Assembly: GCA_902578305.1 (NCBI GenBank)
Contig: CACHCK010000002.1
Location: forward strand, 3,907-67,906
DNA from: an uncultured Pelagibacteraceae bacterium
GTDB taxonomy: Bacteria > Pseudomonadota > Alphaproteobacteria > Pelagibacterales > AG-422-B15
DNA: 64,000 nt
Reading direction: 5' to 3'
Made by a program: the position numbers and the translations under genes. The first letter of the stretch is position 1. Every line of letters begins with the position of its first letter. Below are positions 58,691 to 64,000 of this stretch, piece by piece. The notes under the pieces were generated by a model. The model saw nothing but the letters and a program-made list of their open reading frames with translations. It was not told the DNA's origin and searched no databases.

Positions 58691-61600
58691 TTAGGAATTT
58701 TCCTGGATTTCAGCTGATTCTTGCTCTTTCTTTGCCTGAATTGCCTCAATTTCAACTTTTGCCTCTTTATCAAGCAATTTTGCCTTATTTTCAATTTGAT
58801 TGAATGTTCGACCTGTTCCAGCTGGAATCAACCTTCCAACAATTACATTCTCTTTAAGACCCTCGAGCCGATCCATTTTTCCTTTTATTGAAGCATCAGT
58901 AAGAATTCTTGTTGTTTCTTGGAAAGATGCGGCTGAAATGAAAGATCTTGTTTGAAGAGATGCTTTTGTAATACCTAGTAATACAGGTTTAGCAATTGCA
59001 GGTTTCTTTCCTTCACTTTCTAGTTGCTCATTTGTAGTCAGGAATTCAAACCTATCTAATTCTTCACCTTTAATAAATGAGCTATCACCAATTTCAATAA
59101 CATGGACTTTCTGTAACATTTGTCTGCATAGTACTTCAATGTGCTTGTCATTTATTAAAACACCTTGCAATCTATAAACCTCTTGTACTTCATTGATTAA
59201 ATAATCAGCTAACGCTTCAATTCCCAAAATTTCTAAAATGTCGTGAGGATCTGGATTTCCATCTAGCAAATAATCTCCCTTCTCAATAGTTTCACCTTCT
59301 TGATAAGCAATGTGCTTTCCTTTTGGTATCAAAACTTCTACTGGATCACCATCTTTTTCAGGAGTAATAATGACTTTTTGTTTTCCTCTAATATCTTTAC
59401 CAAAAGAAATAACTCCAGAAGTCTCAGAAATAATTGCATGATCTTTTGGTTTTCTTGCTTCAAATAACTCTGCAACTCTCGGTAAACCTCCAGTAATATC
59501 TTTTGTTTTTGAAGCGGCCTTTGGAGTTCTGGCAAGAACGTCACCCGCGTGAACTTCTGATCCATCTGCGACTGAAAGAATTGAGTCTGGTGGCAAGAAG
59601 TATCTGGCTTCATTACCATTTGCAAGAAGTATTACTTCACCTTTATGATCTCTGAGTGTTATTCTTGGCTTTAATTCACTTCCCCTTGGATCTGATTTCC
59701 AGTCCTTAACTTTAGTATATGTTAATCCAGTTTTTTCCTCTGTCTCCTCGATAAGAGAAATGCCTTCTTCCATATCTACGTAATTAGCAGTTCCTGATTT
59801 TTCTGATATAACTGGGTTTGTAAATGGATCCCATTCACAAACTTTTGTACCACTCTTTACTCTAGAGTCTTCCTCAACTAATATTTTTGTACCGTATGGT
59901 ACTTTATAATTTGCAAGCTCTCTACCGTTGTCGTCTTGTATAGCTAATTGACAATTCCTACCCATAACAATCAAATTGTTATTACTATCCTCAACAGTAT
60001 TTTTATTTAAAATTTTAAATATTCCATCAGTATTAATCTCAATAAACGATTGATCATTAATTTGAGCAGCGCCACCGATGTGAAAGGTTCTCATTGTTAG
60101 TTGGGTACCAGGCTCACCTATTGATTGCGCGGCTATCATTCCAACAGCTTCTCCCTCATTAACAAGGAAACCTCTTGCTAAATCACGACCATAACACTTA
60201 ACACAGATACCTCGTTTACTGTCACATGTTAGTGGAGATCGAATATACAGACTTTGAATACCTGCAGTTTCAATTTTTTCTGCCAAAATCTCGTCTACAT
60301 AATCATCTTTCTTTGCGATGTTTTCATTTGTAAGCGGATGGTTTACATCTTTTTGTAGGAATCTTCCTAATAATCTGTCAGCTATAGAAATTATTACCTC
60401 TCCCCCCTCAACAACATCAGAAATCCATACTCCTTTATTCGTACCACAATCAGGTTCGGATATAGTACAATCCTGGGCAACATCACATAGTCTTCTTGTT
60501 AAATAACCAGAGTTTGCTGTTTTTAAAGCGGTATCGGCAAGACCTTTTCTTGCGCCATGAGTTGAATTGAAGTACTCAAGTACATTCAATCCTTCCTTGA
60601 AATTTGAAATAATAGGTGTTTCGATTATATCACCAGATGGCTTAGCCATAAGACCTCTCATACCAGATAATTGTTTCATTTGTGCCGCAGAACCACGAGC
60701 TCCAGAGTTTGCCATCATATAAATTGAATTTATTGGCATTTCTCTTTTAGTTTCGTCATCAAATTTTTTGGAAGATATTTCATTCATCATCTCCTGCGCG
60801 ACACGATCAGTACACTTAGCCCAGGCATCAATTACTTTATTATATTTCTCCCTATTAGTAATTAAGCCGTCATTATACTGTTTTTCATATTTTTCAATTT
60901 GACCCGCAGTTTCAGAAACAAGTTTTTCTTTTGTTTCTGGAATAATCATATCATCTTTTCCAAATGAGATTCCTGCCTTGTATGCATAATGAAAGCCCAA
61001 CGCCATTAATTGATCAGCAAATATTACTGTATCTTTTTGTCCACAATATCTATAAACTGTATCAATAAGACCTGATATTTCTTTTTTACCCAACAGTCTG
61101 TTAACAAGTTTAGGGTCAAGATCTTTATGTTGTGGAACTAGATTCCAAAGCAGCATTCTACCAGGTGTTGTCTCAATTCTTTTTTGTTTTTTATTTCCAT
61201 CCGAGTCAATAAAATTGATCCTTGCGTGAACCTTAGCATGTACGGTTGTTGCATTATTTTCAAGGGCTTGCTGTACCTCATAAATATCTTTAAACACGGC
61301 TTCTTGGCCTGGCTCATTTTCTTTTTCTTGCGATAGATAATATATGCCTAAAACGATATCCTGACTTGGAACAATCACTGGTTTACCGTTTGCAGGGTTA
61401 AGTATATTGTTTGTTGACATCATAAGAACTCTTGCCTCAAGCTGTGCTTCTAAACTGAGAGGCACATGTACTGCCATCTGATCACCATCGAAGTCAGCGT
61501 TAAACGCTGTGCAGACTAAAGGATGTAGTTGGATAGCCTTACCTTCAATTAAAACTGGCTCAAATGCCTGTACGCCAAGTCTGTGCAGTGTAGGCGCTCT

Positions 61601-62878
61601 ATTTAGTATTACCGGATGCTCCCTAATTACACGGTCTAATACATCCCATACTTCTGGACGTTCTTTCTCAACCATTTTCTTGGCTTGCTTAAGTGTAGTG
61701 GCTAAACCTAATGACTCTAACCTCGCATATATAAATGGTTTAAATAACTCGATAGCCATTTTTTTTGGCAAACCACATTGATGCAATTTTAATTCGGGAC
61801 CCACTACAATTACTGACCTTCCTGAATAATCAACCCGTTTCCCTAGTAAATTCTGTCTAAATCGGCCCTGTTTACCTTTAAGCATTTCTGCCAGTGATTT
61901 TAAAGGTCTTTTGTTTGTTCCAGTAATTACTCTTCCTCTTCTTCCATTATCAAACAGTGCATCAACGGATTCTTGGAGCATTCTTTTTTCATTTCTGATG
62001 ATTATATCTGGTGCTCTTAATTCAATTAATCTTGATAATCTGTTATTTCTATTGATTACTCTTCTGTATAAATCATTTAGATCACTTGATGCAAATCTCC
62101 CTCCATCAAGGGGAACTAGCGGTCTTAATTCTGGCGGGATAACAGGTACGGAGGTTAAAATCATCCACTCAGGTCTATTTCCAGATGATATAAAGGCCTC
62201 AAAAATTTTAATTCTTTTTACTAGCTTTTCTGACAACGCTACGGCTTTCGTTTCAGCTAATTTTGCACGTAGAGCATCAAGCTCTGGTTCAAGTTCAATT
62301 CTTTGAAGAACTTTTCTAACTGCCTCAGCTCCTATACCAGCTGAAAATGAGTCTTCTCCATGTTCTTCTTTAGCATTTTCCAATTCATCTTCATCAAGTA
62401 GTTGATTTTGAATTAAAGGTGTTAATCCTGGTTCAGTAACCATGAATTTCTCAAAATAGAGAACTTTCTCAAGATCTTTTAACTTCATATCCATCATGAG
62501 AGCTATGCGGCTAGGTAAAGATTTTAAGAACCATATATGAGCAACTGGAGCAGCCAATTGAATATGCCCCATTCTTTCTCTTCTCACATCTTTTTTTGTT
62601 ACCTCGACACCACATTTCTCACAAATGATGCCCTTAAATTTCATTCTTTTATACTTTCCACACAGACATTCATAATCTTTAATTGGCCCAAAAATTCTTG
62701 CACAGAAAAGACCATCCCTTTCAGGTTTAAAAGTTCTATAATTTATTGTTTCAGGCTTTTTAATTTCACCATAAGACCACGATAGTATTCTCTCTGGACT
62801 TGCAATTGAAATTTTTACTTGATTGAAATCATCCCTTGATGCGGCAGGATTAAAAATATTCATTAAAGACTGACTCAT
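58691..62878 (-). CDS. rpoC: DNA-directed RNA polymerase subunit beta'
   Basis: 1395 aa with the Zn-finger [20 protein letters not shown] and the catalytic [12 protein letters not shown]. Confidence 0.98.
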   Translation of the reverse strand: MSQSLMNIFNPAASRDDFNQVKISIASPERILSWSYGEIKKPETINYRTFKPERDGLFCARIFGPIKDYECLCGKYKRMKFKGIICEKCGVEVTKKDVRRERMGHIQLAAPVAHIWFLKSLPSRIALMMDMKLKDLEKVLYFEKFMVTEPGLTPLIQNQLLDEDELENAKEEHGEDSFSAGIGAEAVRKVLQRIELEPELDALRAKLAETKAVALSEKLVKRIKIFEAFISSGNRPEWMILTSVPVIPPELRPLVPLDGGRFASSDLNDLYRRVINRNNRLSRLIELRAPDIIIRNEKRMLQESVDALFDNGRRGRVITGTNKRPLKSLAEMLKGKQGRFRQNLLGKRVDYSGRSVIVVGPELKLHQCGLPKKMAIELFKPFIYARLESLGLATTLKQAKKMVEKERPEVWDVLDRVIREHPVILNRAPTLHRLGVQAFEPVLIEGKAIQLHPLVCTAFNADFDGDQMAVHVPLSLEAQLEARVLMMSTNNILNPANGKPVIVPSQDIVLGIYYLSQEKENEPGQEAVFKDIYEVQQALENNATTVHAKVHARINFIDSDGNKKQKRIETTPGRMLLWNLVPQHKDLDPKLVNRLLGKKEISGLIDTVYRYCGQKDTVIFADQLMALGFHYAYKAGISFGKDDMIIPETKEKLVSETAGQIEKYEKQYNDGLITNREKYNKVIDAWAKCTDRVAQEMMNEISSKKFDDETKREMPINSIYMMANSGARGSAAQMKQLSGMRGLMAKPSGDIIETPIISNFKEGLNVLEYFNSTHGARKGLADTALKTANSGYLTRRLCDVAQDCTISEPDCGTNKGVWISDVVEGGEVIISIADRLLGRFLQKDVNHPLTNENIAKKDDYVDEILAEKIETAGIQSLYIRSPLTCDSKRGICVKCYGRDLARGFLVNEGEAVGMIAAQSIGEPGTQLTMRTFHIGGAAQINDQSFIEINTDGIFKILNKNTVEDSNNNLIVMGRNCQLAIQDDNGRELANYKVPYGTKILVEEDSRVKSGTKVCEWDPFTNPVISEKSGTANYVDMEEGISLIEETEEKTGLTYTKVKDWKSDPRGSELKPRITLRDHKGEVILLANGNEARYFLPPDSILSVADGSEVHAGDVLARTPKAASKTKDITGGLPRVAELFEARKPKDHAIISETSGVISFGKDIRGKQKVIITPEKDGDPVEVLIPKGKHIAYQEGETIEKGDYLLDGNPDPHDILEILGIEALADYLINEVQEVYRLQGVLINDKHIEVLCRQMLQKVHVIEIGDSSFIKGEELDRFEFLTTNEQLESEGKKPAIAKPVLLGITKASLQTRSFISAASFQETTRILTDASIKGKMDRLEGLKENVIVGRLIPAGTGRTFNQIENKAKLLDKEAKVEIEAIQAKKEQESAEIQENS

Positions 62879-62886
62879 AGTTTTTC

Positions 62887-64000
<1,114 letters not shown>

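Overview
This window is a very AT-rich, extremely compact core-genome segment with gene order typical of a streamlined free-living alphaproteobacterium. It is probably SAR11/Pelagibacterales-like, but that is inference from gene content, synteny and composition, with no search run. I count 75 protein genes and one tRNA. By my hand tally of the gaps, only about 1.5% of the window is non-coding. TGA is used as a stop codon, so this is standard code 11. From left to right the window contains:
- nrdR-ribD-ribE-ribB(A), on the minus strand
- rpiB-glyA
- two GDPD phosphodiesterase paralogues (4892-5641 and 33397-34083)
- hemB
- a PuuB-like oxidase coupled to a HIBADH-like dehydrogenase
- a nine-gene overlapping chain, spoT-pyrE-pdxJ-acpS-lepB-rnc-era-recO-parC
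- folK-smpB-dapA, then slt
- tRNA-Ser(GCU) and gatCAB
- ruvX-pyrB-plsY-topA
- an aldehyde dehydrogenase-HAD-RidA-GDPD-panC cluster
- mgtE, lipB and a gamma-butyrobetaine-hydroxylase-family dioxygenase
- pccBA and a pseudouridine synthase
- the full rpoB(partial)-rpoC-str-S10-spc-alpha ribosomal protein cluster

I see no mobile elements, CRISPR arrays, prophage genes, toxin-antitoxin pairs or recognisable defence genes, and I cannot point to a clearly novel multi-gene system. These observations seem most worth a second look:
- Only two spacers in the 16-kb ribosomal cluster exceed 23 nt (the next largest is the 23-nt rpsK-rpoA gap), and both carry TTGACC-N16-TAT(A/T)AT promoter-like sites. One of them is followed by a terminator-like leader hairpin.
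- tuf is missing between fusA and rpsJ.
- The RibB fusion has a cysteine-less, RibBX-like RibA domain.
- The BBOX-family dioxygenase lacks the N-terminal zinc cysteines.
- The tightly overlapping aldH-HAD-ridA-GDPD-panC cluster has no obvious pathway logic.
- Several convergent and divergent gene pairs leave no room for terminators, promoters or Shine-Dalgarno (SD) sequences.

All functional calls come from reading motifs in the supplied translations. No database search was run.
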